NCBI GenBank assembly: GCA_964016885.1
Contig: OZ024743.1
Coordinates: 186,682,001 to 186,746,000, forward strand
DNA: 64,000 nucleotides
Direction: 5' to 3'
Source: Eledone cirrhosa
Lineage: Eukaryota
The position numbers and the translations under genes were made by a program. Below, in pieces: positions 11,495 through 21,972 of the stretch (positions are counted from its first letter, which is position 1; each line of letters starts with the position of its first letter). The notes under the pieces are model-generated. The model did not search any database. It was not told where the DNA came from and worked only from the letters and a program-made list of their open reading frames with translations.

Positions 11495-11950
11495 TCCTCA
11501 TCATCTTCATTTTTATATCCATTTTTCCAAGCTCACATAGGTTGGATGGGTCTTTTTCAGCACAGCATCATTCCACTTGTCATGTTCCCTTGTCATATCC
11601 TCTGTGAGTCTCTGCAATTGCCCAGGCCTTCCTTTGTATACCTCAACTGTAGCTTCCTTATACTGGCATTTCCTGGCACTTCTTCACCCAGCAAACATCA
11701 TCTATGACATCACATGCTGTATCAACCCAGTCTTCCCTCTTGCACACCAGTTCGCATTCCTCTTAAACTCAATTTCCCACTCAGTTCATCCAAGCTCTGC
11801 CTTTCTCTTACATTTACATTGCATATCCAATGAAGCATAACTGCTCCATTCCTCTGCAGTCACTGCCCATGTTTCATTACTATGCAGTATTGCATTTTGC
11901 ACACAAGCATCATACAGCCATCCTTTTTCAAGTAGGGAGAAACCTTTAAT
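11495..11950 (-). mobile_element. Old degenerate RTE 3' fragment
   Basis: Reverse strand resembles GWLYDACVQNAILHSNETWA...; ends toward a CAT-rich tail. Confidence 0.65.
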
Positions 11951-11974
11951 GAATGCATATATATATATATATAT

Positions 11975-12260
11975 ACTTAATGGTTCAAGTTTTTCCAGGA
12001 AAAACTTGAACCATTAAGTTCTTCTTTCCTGGTTATGTCAATATTTATAAAACAAACTCTGTATTTTATCTGATGAGAGAGTACCAAAGTTTTGGTACCC
12101 TTGAAATATATATAATAGAATAAATATGGTTTTATAAATATAGTTTCCATTTATTTAATATCATTGAATATTATACTCCAGAAAACTTGTTGAGTGCTTT
12201 GAATCAGTTATAAACATTTATATTTGTTGAATTACCAACAAATTGAATATCCCTTTTGTT
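11975..12260 (+). mobile_element. ~285-bp non-coding insert in (TA)n with 5' hairpin and hammerhead ribozyme (PLE pLTR/retrozyme-like)
   Basis: Perfect 22-bp arms 11975-11996 / 11998-12019; hammerhead at 12041-12141; (TA)n on both sides. Confidence 0.7.
12041..12141 (+). ncRNA. Type I hammerhead ribozyme
   Basis: CUGAUGA 12070-12076; stem II 12077-12102; GAAA 12103-12106; short palindromic stem III; AUA triplet 12112-12114; 8-bp stem I 12062-12069/12115-12122 plus 13-bp extension 12041-12053/12129-12141. Confidence 0.8.
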
Positions 12261-12494
12261 TATATATATATACAGCCGTACTAAGAGTGAGAAATGAAAT
12301 TTCGTTTCATTTTTTCCGTTTATATATATATATATATATATACACATGCATATGTGTGTGTGTGTGAGTGTGTGTGTTTATCTAGTTTAGAATAGGTACA
12401 ACATATCCTTATATGTCATGAGAAAAATCTAAAAGTGCTGGTACCAGGAAGAACATTTGGCTTTAAAACATTACATCAAAAAAAAGAGTATGAA

Positions 12495-12835
12495 GCCATT
12501 TTTCCACACTAGCATGGGTTAGACAAGTTGTCCTATTGTAAGACAAGCTAGATCAGATAATCGTGTCTTGCTCATACTGGACTGATATTGGCTTGGCTCC
12601 TATGGCTGGATGCCCTTCCTAATGCCAACCACATTTACAGAGTAGACTAGGTGCTTTTTATCATGACACCTACATGATCACTTTTCTGTATGAACTGGGT
12701 GCTTTTGGTCATGACACCTATACAATCACTTTACAGTGTGGGCTGGGTACTTTTTGTTGTGACACCTACACAACCCTTTCAAAGTGTGGACTGTTTTTTT
12801 TGCCATAACACCAGAAACAACCACTTTAGAGTGTG
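12495..12835 (-). mobile_element. RTE 3'-UTR-derived element with ~5 tandem ~48-bp units
   Basis: 'ggctggatgcccttcctaatgccaaccac' plus repeated 'gtgcttttt..catgacacctac..cactttacag'. Confidence 0.75.
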
Positions 12836-13014
12836 GAGTGGGGGTTGGGGTGTGTGTGGTGCATAGAGATTGGAAAGGTAGATCTAAGGTGGGGCACTTA
12901 TCTGGTGAGTGGTACGAGTGTGGATGAAGGATGGGGTGTTAGGATGTTGGAGCTGTATGGAAGGAAGAGGGAGAGGAAAGGGGGAGTATTGCAAACTAGT
13001 TGTATATATATATA

Positions 13015-13660
13015 CATCATCATCGTCTTTGTTTAACATCCATTTTTCCATGCTTGCATGGGTTAGAGAGGTCGTTTACATTATGATACAAGTCTGGCTA
13101 GTTGGCTGTGTCCTACCTTGCTCAAATGGAACTGTATTTTTGCTGGGAATTTTTACAGAATTTTAACACCAACCACGTTTACAGTATGGAACTGCGTGGC
13201 ACTGTTATGGGAAGGGGCTGCCCAATTGGTTGCACTGTACTCTGTTCACAGTGGAACTATATTTTGGGAACTGGGTAGTCCCATTATGATGGAGGATCTG
13301 TTCAGTTGGTTGTACCACACCTTGCTCATAGCAGACCATGTTTTGGCTGGGTTGTTATGGATATTGGATGACCCTGCAGTGTGGGACTGGGTGGTTCCTC
13401 CATGAAGCAAGTCTGGCCAGTTGGTCGCGCTGTACCGTGCACATATCAGGACTGTCTGTTGGCTGGGTTTTTACGGCTGCTGGATGCTCTTCCTAACACC
13501 AACCACGTTTACAGTGTGGAACTGGGTGGTACCATTATATGGAGGATCTGGCCAGTTGGCCACACCATACCCTGCTCACAGCAAGACCATATTTTGGGAG
13601 CTGGGTGGTTCCTCTATGAGGTAAGTCTGGCCAGTTGGCCGTGCCGTATCTTGCACATAT
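13015..13660 (-). repeat. RTE-UTR-derived mosaic tandem repeat
   Basis: (CAT)n tail at 13016; recurring 'ctggccagttgg...ccttgctca...ctgggtggttcc' units of ~65-75 bp. Confidence 0.65.
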
Positions 13661-14015
13661 ATATAAAGAATAATTGTATGAAGAATTGAGTGAATTTGAA
13701 TTTTAAAAGCATGTCACCATATTTAAGCTACTACAAAGAAAATTGCACTATTAAATAATCAAACAGGTTTAACATATAAACCACTGCAGATGTGAAAGAT
13801 TGGATAGAGTCACCCGTGGGAATTGAACTCATATCTTCCATATGATGAATGGCTGTGTTACCATTACTGCTAACATGAGATGTTTGAGATCCTGATCTGA
13901 CTCTGTCCAATTTATTAAGTCTCTTTGGGTTAATATTCTCAACTATTTAATAGTTAAACCTACTTTGTAGCAGCCTACAATAAACTGACATACTCTCAAT
14001 ATATATATATAAATA

Positions 14016-14087
<72 letters not shown>

Positions 14088-14094
14088 TATATAC

Positions 14095-14202
14095 ATATAT
14101 CGCAGATATAAAAGACAGCGAGAAGCGAAAACCAACCAAACAGTGAGTGTGTTCTGTTATTAATTCTGGCAATATTACACAAATATGACCCTCCCCAAGT
14201 AT

Positions 14203-14208
<6 letters not shown>
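14095..14208. repeat. Unclassified short repeat between (TA)n tracts
   Basis: Homologous to 38270-38328 plus 38513-38558. Confidence 0.65.
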
Positions 14209-14250
<42 letters not shown>

Positions 14251-15494
14251 CTGTGTGTGATTTCAAATGCATATTCATATACACACACATACATATGTAT
14301 ACATAAACATATATGTATGTCTGAATACATATGTAAGCTTGCGTTTATTAACCTTTTTAAATAATGTGTGTAGATGCTTTCACATACATACACACACATG
14401 CACACCATGAAGTTATGACATTTAATGTATATCTATGTATTAGCTATATTCAAGAAACATATCAATTTAATATGTTGCTATACCACATTTTCTTGGTTAG
14501 GAATGATTAAAATATATTGGATATATTTATCTTGGAGATTATAAGGAAATTGATTCATGACTACTTCTTTGTATATTTTTCCCATAAAGGTTCTAAATCA
14601 ATAAGTTTATGGACAACATGCCAGAAAAAGCAAGCTTTCCATCATCAATCAAATTACTGAGTGGCAGTCAAATTGAAAATTACCTTGCATCTTTTCATAT
14701 TGAAAATTACCTTTCTGCTTTTATATATTAAGAATTATTCTCTGTCTTTCCATACAGAAACGACTTTATGTGTTTCTATATTAAAATATTCCTTTTGTTT
14801 CTTTTATATGTTACACTGAAACTTTTGTGTTTGTTCACCTGAACTAGTTATTTTCCCATCTTTTCATAATTTCATTTATAATAATTATAGAAAAGGGTTT
14901 ACAGTTTCATCATAGTCTGAAACAAGAGTACATGGTTTGAAGTAAAGTTAGTATTTGTAAAGAACCAAATTCCATCAGCAGCCGGTTAACTTCATAATCA
15001 CCCTCTTTATTCTTCAGTTACAAATTACTAGAAAATTAATCTGTATCTAACACGTTTTCAAATTATTCATCAGTTTTGTCCCTCTCTATTCTGAATTAAA
15101 CTTCAATGATTTTATTTTACCTACCATCTCACATCATCATCATTATCATCTAACACTTTTTTCCTGCTGCCATCTATAGTAAATACTGAGTTCTAATTCT
15201 ATAGCGTTTTTTTTTTAATCTTTTCCTACTAAAACTGGTTAAGCAAAGAGTTCAAAGAAATCAATATTTGTCAAAAGTCTGGTTTTCTCTGTCTATTATC
15301 CAATTAATTCTAAAATAATTTAACATTCCAAATCAATTAAACTTTCTTATATCTATCTCCTACACTGTATTTCAATTGGTCTATTTTCCAATCATTTTCA
15401 GTGCCATATTTTTTTGCTCTTACCTTCTCTTTCTCATGCACACATACATCAATATCTACACACCATGTTTTTGAGAATAGACTCAGCATATACC

Positions 15495-16350
15495 TATGTG
15501 TCATATGAGGTGAGTAAAAGGGTTGACATCAAGAGGGAAGGGCATCCAGCTGTAAAATGTTGTCTTAAAATATTTTGTCCAACTCATGCCAACAAGGAAA
15601 AGTGGACATAGACACAATGATGATATGGTAGTGAAACATGGGCTGTGACGGCAGAGGGTATGCATAGACTGGAGAGAAAAGAAGCAACAATGTATCGTTG
15701 GATGTACAATATAAGACAGTGCTGAGGGAGAAGCTGGGTTTAAGGAGAATCTGAGGTGGTGTGCAGGAGAGAAGACTGCATTGGTATGGACATGTGACGC
15801 ACATGGACAATGAGTGATGGATGAAGAAATGCCAAAAAATCTCAGAGGAAGGAAGCTACAATAGAGGACGACCAAGAAAGACCAGGGCAGAGGTAGTAAG
15901 AGCTGACTACAAATCGCTAAACCTGGCAGAGGAGATGATGAAGAAATGAAACAAGTGGAAAGATGTTGTGCTGAGAAGACCACATCCAACGCATGCAAGC
16001 ATGGGGAAGCAGACATAAAAATGCTGATATATATAAGATGGTCTTGCTGGTGACACAACAAAAAGCACCCAGTCCAACCTGTAAGGTGATTGTACTGGTA
16101 ACATGACAAAACTACCTACTCAGTCAAACCTGTTAGATTGTCGTTTTAGTGCCAAGATAAAAAAAAACATCCAGTCTACTCTGTAATATGGTTGATGTTA
16201 GAGAGGGCATCCATCCGTAGCGACCAAACCAAAATACATATCTGTATGAACAAGATGTGGTCACCTGACCTAACCTGCCTCATAATGTGACAACCTGTCT
16301 AACCCATGCAAGTGTGGAAAATGCACATTAAACAATGATGATGATGATGA
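15495..16350 (+). mobile_element. Degenerate RTE 3' ORF fragment plus UTR-type tails
   Basis: YGSETWAVTAEGMHRLERKE... and VQERRLHWYGHV remnants; (GAT)n tail at 16335-16350. Confidence 0.8.
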
Positions 16351-16917
16351 TATATATATATATGAACACATCCTTAGTCACTGGTTGATATTGAGAACAT
16401 TTATTTCTAACCCAGAGATTAAGTATTCATAGCCACTAGAAGATGATGTCATCTTTACTACTTTCCCTACAATCATGGAACTCACAACTTTTTTATTCAT
16501 TTCACAGGGCAATTGATCTGTTTGAATGTCAGTTATGAAATTTGTTTAGTTCTTGCAGTACATGGCTACAGCTTGGTTACATTTTCAAAATGGTCTCTAA
16601 TGCCAGTAACAAACATGCCATTATATGGTAATCTTGTGAGGGCTGACAATTCCAGTTTCAGAAAGTAGTACAGATACTTTCTAATCTAAAGAACATTAGA
16701 AAATAGCACAGAAAAAAATTCTGCCTAAGTTAACATATCTCTTGGTATTCTTTTAAATTAGTATACAGCAAATGCAAAATATATGATGCTGAATACAAGA
16801 GACATCTAGGATGTAGAAGTAGAGAAGTAAAGATAAATGAGTAGAATATGATCTGATGGATGTGGATATGTGAGCTGCAAGAAAAACAAAGAATAAACAA
16901 ACTAAGAAAACATTTGT

Positions 16918-17125
16918 TGTTCCTATTGTTGTTTAACCCAAGGTCATTTCAAATAAACTGGACCTATAATCAAAAGCATTTCAGCTATGACTATTCTATC
17001 TTTTTCTGGTATGTGTAGGACTATATTATCCTAAGTGTCCTTTCCTTATTTTTGACAATAGGGTGTGATTTGAGGAAGATTTGGCTCCAGCCTCTAGCAA
17101 GTTTGACAACTCTGTAGAAGCTTTA
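16918..17125 (-). mobile_element. Old SINE-like family with (AAC)n tail
   Basis: Homologous segments at ~5545-5625, 31500-31710 and 48935-49135. Confidence 0.55.
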
Positions 17126-18769
17126 ATACTGGCTCAGTTTGGGTATCCATGGTATCAATAGAGTAAGTGTAGGCATTGGTTTGGGGAGTGATGTAAATAA
17201 AATATACATTAAGTTTAACAATGGAGATAGATCAAGGAGGATTGGTGTAGAAGTAATCTGGCTAGATCTGAGAAAACATAGTCATGTAGAAAGCTGCTCC
17301 ACTTTAAACCTATTCAGCTCTTTTGATATACATATGTAAATCTGTGATCGTTATCATCATCATTGTTTAATGCCAGCTTTCCCTGCTAGCAAAAACTGAA
17401 TAGTCATCAACAGATCAGGCTTGTACTCAAATAGGTACTGACCCCGAAACCTGCATCTCATTCACCTATAATCCTGCATACTATTGAGGGCATTTTCCCT
17501 TGAGACACCCACCAGCACTAGGAAGGTTGTCATGTCTTTGATGCAACTACTGAAGAGAACTACCAACCTTTTTTAGACAGGTTTTCTACACTTGGATGTT
17601 CTTCCTTGGATGTACTGGGTGTATTTATTGTGTAAATCACCTATGATGATATTAATAATAATGATGATGATGATGATGATGATAAGGATGATGATGATGA
17701 TGATAAGGATAATGATGGGATACTGGTAGTGATGGTGGTGCTGCTGATGAAGATGATTATGATGGTGCAATAAGTGTTGTAGTTGTAGCGTTGGCAGTGA
17801 CATAAATTAAATTAGCAAAGTAAATCAAACAAAAAGAAAAATAACACAGAAAAAAACAAGCTGAAAAATAATTAACACAGAAAAAAACAAGCTGAGTATT
17901 TTTTCTTAAGTTAATGTCTTGCAGGAAGTAACGCTCATAGCAAAGTAGAGAAATATGAGTAAAATATTTTAAAACCAATTTTTGTTTTAGATATTTTTCT
18001 TTTGATCAGTACATTCTTAATATTTTCATTGATTTCTCAGATGAATTACAGCAGAAAAATATAAGTAAAAAGTGAAACAATTTGTTGGAACTTCAATGCA
18101 ATAGTTCTAACTTCAAAAGTTACAGTTGTCTGCTGTAAATTCTGAACCCCAAAAAGTATTAATAGTTATAAAAGCCATCTTTTCAACACACATAAGGTAG
18201 TAACATTACCAACCTCATGCTTTTATTAAGACATAAACTAAATTAATTATACCAATATTTTCAATAACTTATGTTAAAGAAATTAAAATAAACTAGAAAA
18301 ACCAATTCAACAAACAAATAAAAAAAATACTGTTCCTGTTGAACTCTATCTACCTAGTCAAAATGATATTTCATTGAAAATCCAATATGATTGAATTAAT
18401 ATTTGATAAAAGAATGGTAATTTTTTCCTTTTAGATTTCTTAAAATATATTCTCAATTTTTCTATTAATTAAGTATTACTATGTTGCTTGAAGAAGCAAT
18501 AAAGGCATAAAAATGAAGCAAATCACTTAATGCACTATATATTATTTATGAAATATTGTATAATTAAACTTGGAAAAAATAAATACATATATGCTGTGTG
18601 TATTACAGCTTTCTAAATAGTTACACCAACCATATTACTACTTGTCATAAGAGTTAAATAAAAGTAAAGAAATCTAGCTGCAAAATATTGTCTTAAAATA
18701 CCTCATCCATCTAATGCCAAACTGAAAAGGTGAATGTAAAAACGATGATGATTAAATGATGCTGATATC

Positions 18770-19075
18770 ATATCATCATCATTTTACGTATGCTTTTCCC
18801 TGCTTGCAAGGGTGGGACGGGAACTGATTCTGGCTTGATTTCTACGGCTGGATGCCCTTCCTAACACCAACCTCATTTACAGTGAGTGCTGGGTGCTTTT
18901 TTCCGTGGTGCCTACACGTCCACTTTACAGTGTGGGCTGGGTGCTTTTTTGCCGTGGCACCTCCACGACCACTTAGCAGTGGAATGATAGGGAACCCAGT
19001 CCTATCATCTCATTTCTACAGCTGAGTAAACTGGAGCAATGTGAAATAAAGTGTCTTGCTCAAGGAAACAACAAA
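18770..19075 (-). mobile_element. CORE-like SINE with RTE-derived 3' tail (5'-truncated)
   Basis: Near-identical reverse complement of 25705-25960, with one extra tandem unit. Confidence 0.85.
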
Positions 19076-19567
19076 TGAGGATCAAAAATTAAAAAAAACT
19101 GTTTCATTCACAAATTCCACTTTATATTTGGCATAACAAATATACATATTTACTTAGAGTTTGTAATGACTTGAATAACAAGGTAATTTTCTAGGAAACA
19201 TATAGAAAACATTCATATGTTGGGGAATAATCTGAGAAAAATATGGTGGATATCTAAATGTATTTGTGAGTATTATCAATATTCAGTTCATTTGCAAGCA
19301 AATGGCCCCATAACACCATGGGTGCTTTTTAGATGTTTTTTAGGTATCCATCTTGTTAGAATGAAAACAAATTTTGTTATTAATTTTCAGCAAGGCTGGC
19401 CATAAAATCACTCAGCTAATCAGCCAATTCACCTTTGAGAATAATATGTATTCTCAACAGTTCAAGTGGGTAACAACAGCAAGGGATACATAGTCTTGAT
19501 AAGGGACAATAACTCTGAAACAATTGAGGACTATTTCTCTCTGCTACCGCTGCAAACGAACCAATTA

Positions 19568-20021
19568 TCTATATTACTAAAACAGAGAATGTCTGTTTGT
19601 CTGTCTGTCTGTCCATTCACTAAAACTCGAGAACCACCCAACCGAGTTTTTCAAACTTTACACATGTAATAATTATGGTCCCGTGAGTGTTTTGAGCAAA
19701 TAAAATTTCAAATTTTCAATGCTCTATGGACCACATTAGGCGATTTAGCGATCTCTCTCTATAATTCTTAGTCTTTCTCTTTTTAGATAGATACATAGAT
19801 ATAACGTTGCGCCCTTATAATATCTGTCTGTATGCCTGGCTGTCTGCACTACGTCATTATGACGCGGTGTGTGTGTGTGTATATATGTATATATAGTGTG
19901 TGTATATATAGTAACGTTTTTCGAAATATTTACTTCTGCGTTCACAGATTTATTATTTTAGTTTCAGAAGATCCCATTAAGGGTGAAAGCAGCGATTCTT
20001 TGCTTAAACTTTAATCTGTTA

Positions 20022-20065
<44 letters not shown>

Positions 20066-20392
20066 TATTCGTGTACAGATATCTTTGCATACACATATAA
20101 ACAAAAGTATTTATTTTGCGATAAAGTATTGATTTTCTTCGAACGGAAAAAAACCTTGGTAATGTATGACAAATTTTTTTTATAAGCACAAAATGTAGAC
20201 ACCAGCCTGAGGCCGAGGTATTCCATACTGCTCTGTATTGTTATTTATATATTCGTGTACAGATATTTTTGCATACACAATAACAAAATCTAAACAAACA
20301 TATTTACTTCACAATGTTCGAGAAGGATAAATTTATATCAAATATATAAGAACTCTACAGCAAATCCCGAGCAACGCCGGGCCATTCTGCTA
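19568..20392 (+). mobile_element. Non-autonomous Helitron
   Basis: A|TC start, (GTCT)n near the 5' end, subterminal hairpin CCCG-AGCAACGC-CGGG at 20366-20381, then ...TGCTA (terminal G absent). Confidence 0.75.
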
Positions 20393-20394
20393 TA

Positions 20395-20498
20395 ATAATA
20401 ATTGTTTCTACTTTAGGCACAAGGCCAGTAATTACCAGTGCATTACTGGTACTTTATTTTTCGACCCCGTAATGATGAAAGGCAAAGTCAACCTCAGC
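20395..20498 (-). mobile_element. Nin/Deu-domain SINE 3' half
   Basis: 'ggtactttatttttcgaccccgtaatgatgaaaggcaaagtcaacc'. Confidence 0.8.
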
Positions 20499-21739
20499 AA
20501 AACAAATTTTGTTTATATATATATACACATATTATACAGATACATATTATATATATATACATACACTCATACATATATACACACACAGACACACATGCTT
20601 ATATATATATATATATATACACACCTATATATCTATTGAAAACAATATAATTTACTCAAGTGAAAATATAAATTGAAACTACTATTGAAAACACAGTATA
20701 TTTTGCCCAATTAGTCATTTAAGTGGGTTTTTGCAACTCTAAACATCTGCAGCATCTAACTTCTGAAAGAGAAAAAAAGAAAAATCCCAATACAAATATA
20801 TCATGAAACAATCTGCTGATACATGTAGCTTCTGAGTCAGCTCGAAATACTGGCACAATATAATGCTTCTCAAATTGCCCACAACATTTTTTGTCTAATA
20901 ACTGCTCGAGATCGCCCGAATAAATATATTTATATTTTAAATGAAAATATCAATGCAAATATTATCACAAGATAAACAATTTTTATATTTATTCTAATAT
21001 TTGCTTTTATAACGAAATTTGTTCACTAGGTAATTTTTTTCCATATTGCTATTTGAAAATTTTCTGTAACAGCCTATATTAAAAAAAAAAATGGAAACCA
21101 ACTTCGCATTCATAAGTTGTGACTCTGAATTTGAAGAATATATGAAAACTGAGTTTGAAAGGTGAGTGCATGTGGAAAATTTGGAATTAGATATCTCAAT
21201 TACAGATACTGATAGTGACTTATAAAAACAGCAGTGATACAGATATTAAAAAATGAAATTTTCCTCGAAGAAAAGATTCTCTTCAAAACATCTCTGGTGT
21301 AACACAACCTTATCACAATCTTTTTGGTGATGCAAAACTATGGATCATTTAAAAAGATTCATATATTCCAGAAACTAATCATGACATAGTATTTAAACAA
21401 AGTACATTTTTCGTCATAAATATTATTATGGCCATTGGGAAACTGTCCAGAATTACCAACTAATGGAGTACAGAATTAAAAAACATAGTAAACACCACAG
21501 AACAAGAGCTAAGTCAATAATTTAGATTTGATTTCAATTTGCAGTCAATTAATACTCCACCAATTTCCATGAGAAGAGTGTTGAATTGATGTTTCTTTTT
21601 AGGTTTGATTGTATATTTTTGTGTATTATAATTATAAAGTTCATAGCAATAATTTATTGATTATATGTATGTACTTCTAATTAATTTTATATATTTGCTA
21701 TATGATAATAAAGATGCTCTACCATATATATATATATAT

Positions 21740-21962
21740 ATATTTATTAAAATAACAGATTAAAGTTTAAGCAAAGAATCGCTGCTTTCACCCTTAACTT
21801 TTTTAGTTTCAGAAGATCCTGTTAAGGGTGAAAGCAGCGATTCTTTGCTTAAACTTTAATCTGTTATTTTAATAAATATTTGCTCTACGGTTCTTGTATA
21901 TCTGATATATATTTATCCTTATCGAGCTTTGGATTTTAGTCTTCAAATTTATTATTATTACT
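21740..21962 (+). mobile_element. Fold-back insert in (TA)n with variant hammerhead-like core (PLE-terminus-like)
   Basis: Perfect 59-bp arms 21740-21798 / 21821-21879 with a 22-nt spacer; CAGAAGA-TCCTGTTAAGGGT-GAAA. Confidence 0.65.
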
Positions 21963-21972
21963 ATATATATAT

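Noticed and set aside
15501-16109. 202-aa minus-strand ORF
   Set aside because: Antisense to a decayed RTE fragment.
17573-17803. His/Ile-rich ORF
   Set aside because: Translation of a (GAT)n trinucleotide tract.
21050-21420. Possible piggyBac transposase N-terminal relic
   Set aside because: Only vague similarity (acidic stretch, MDH...ETN) with many stops; not supportable without a search.
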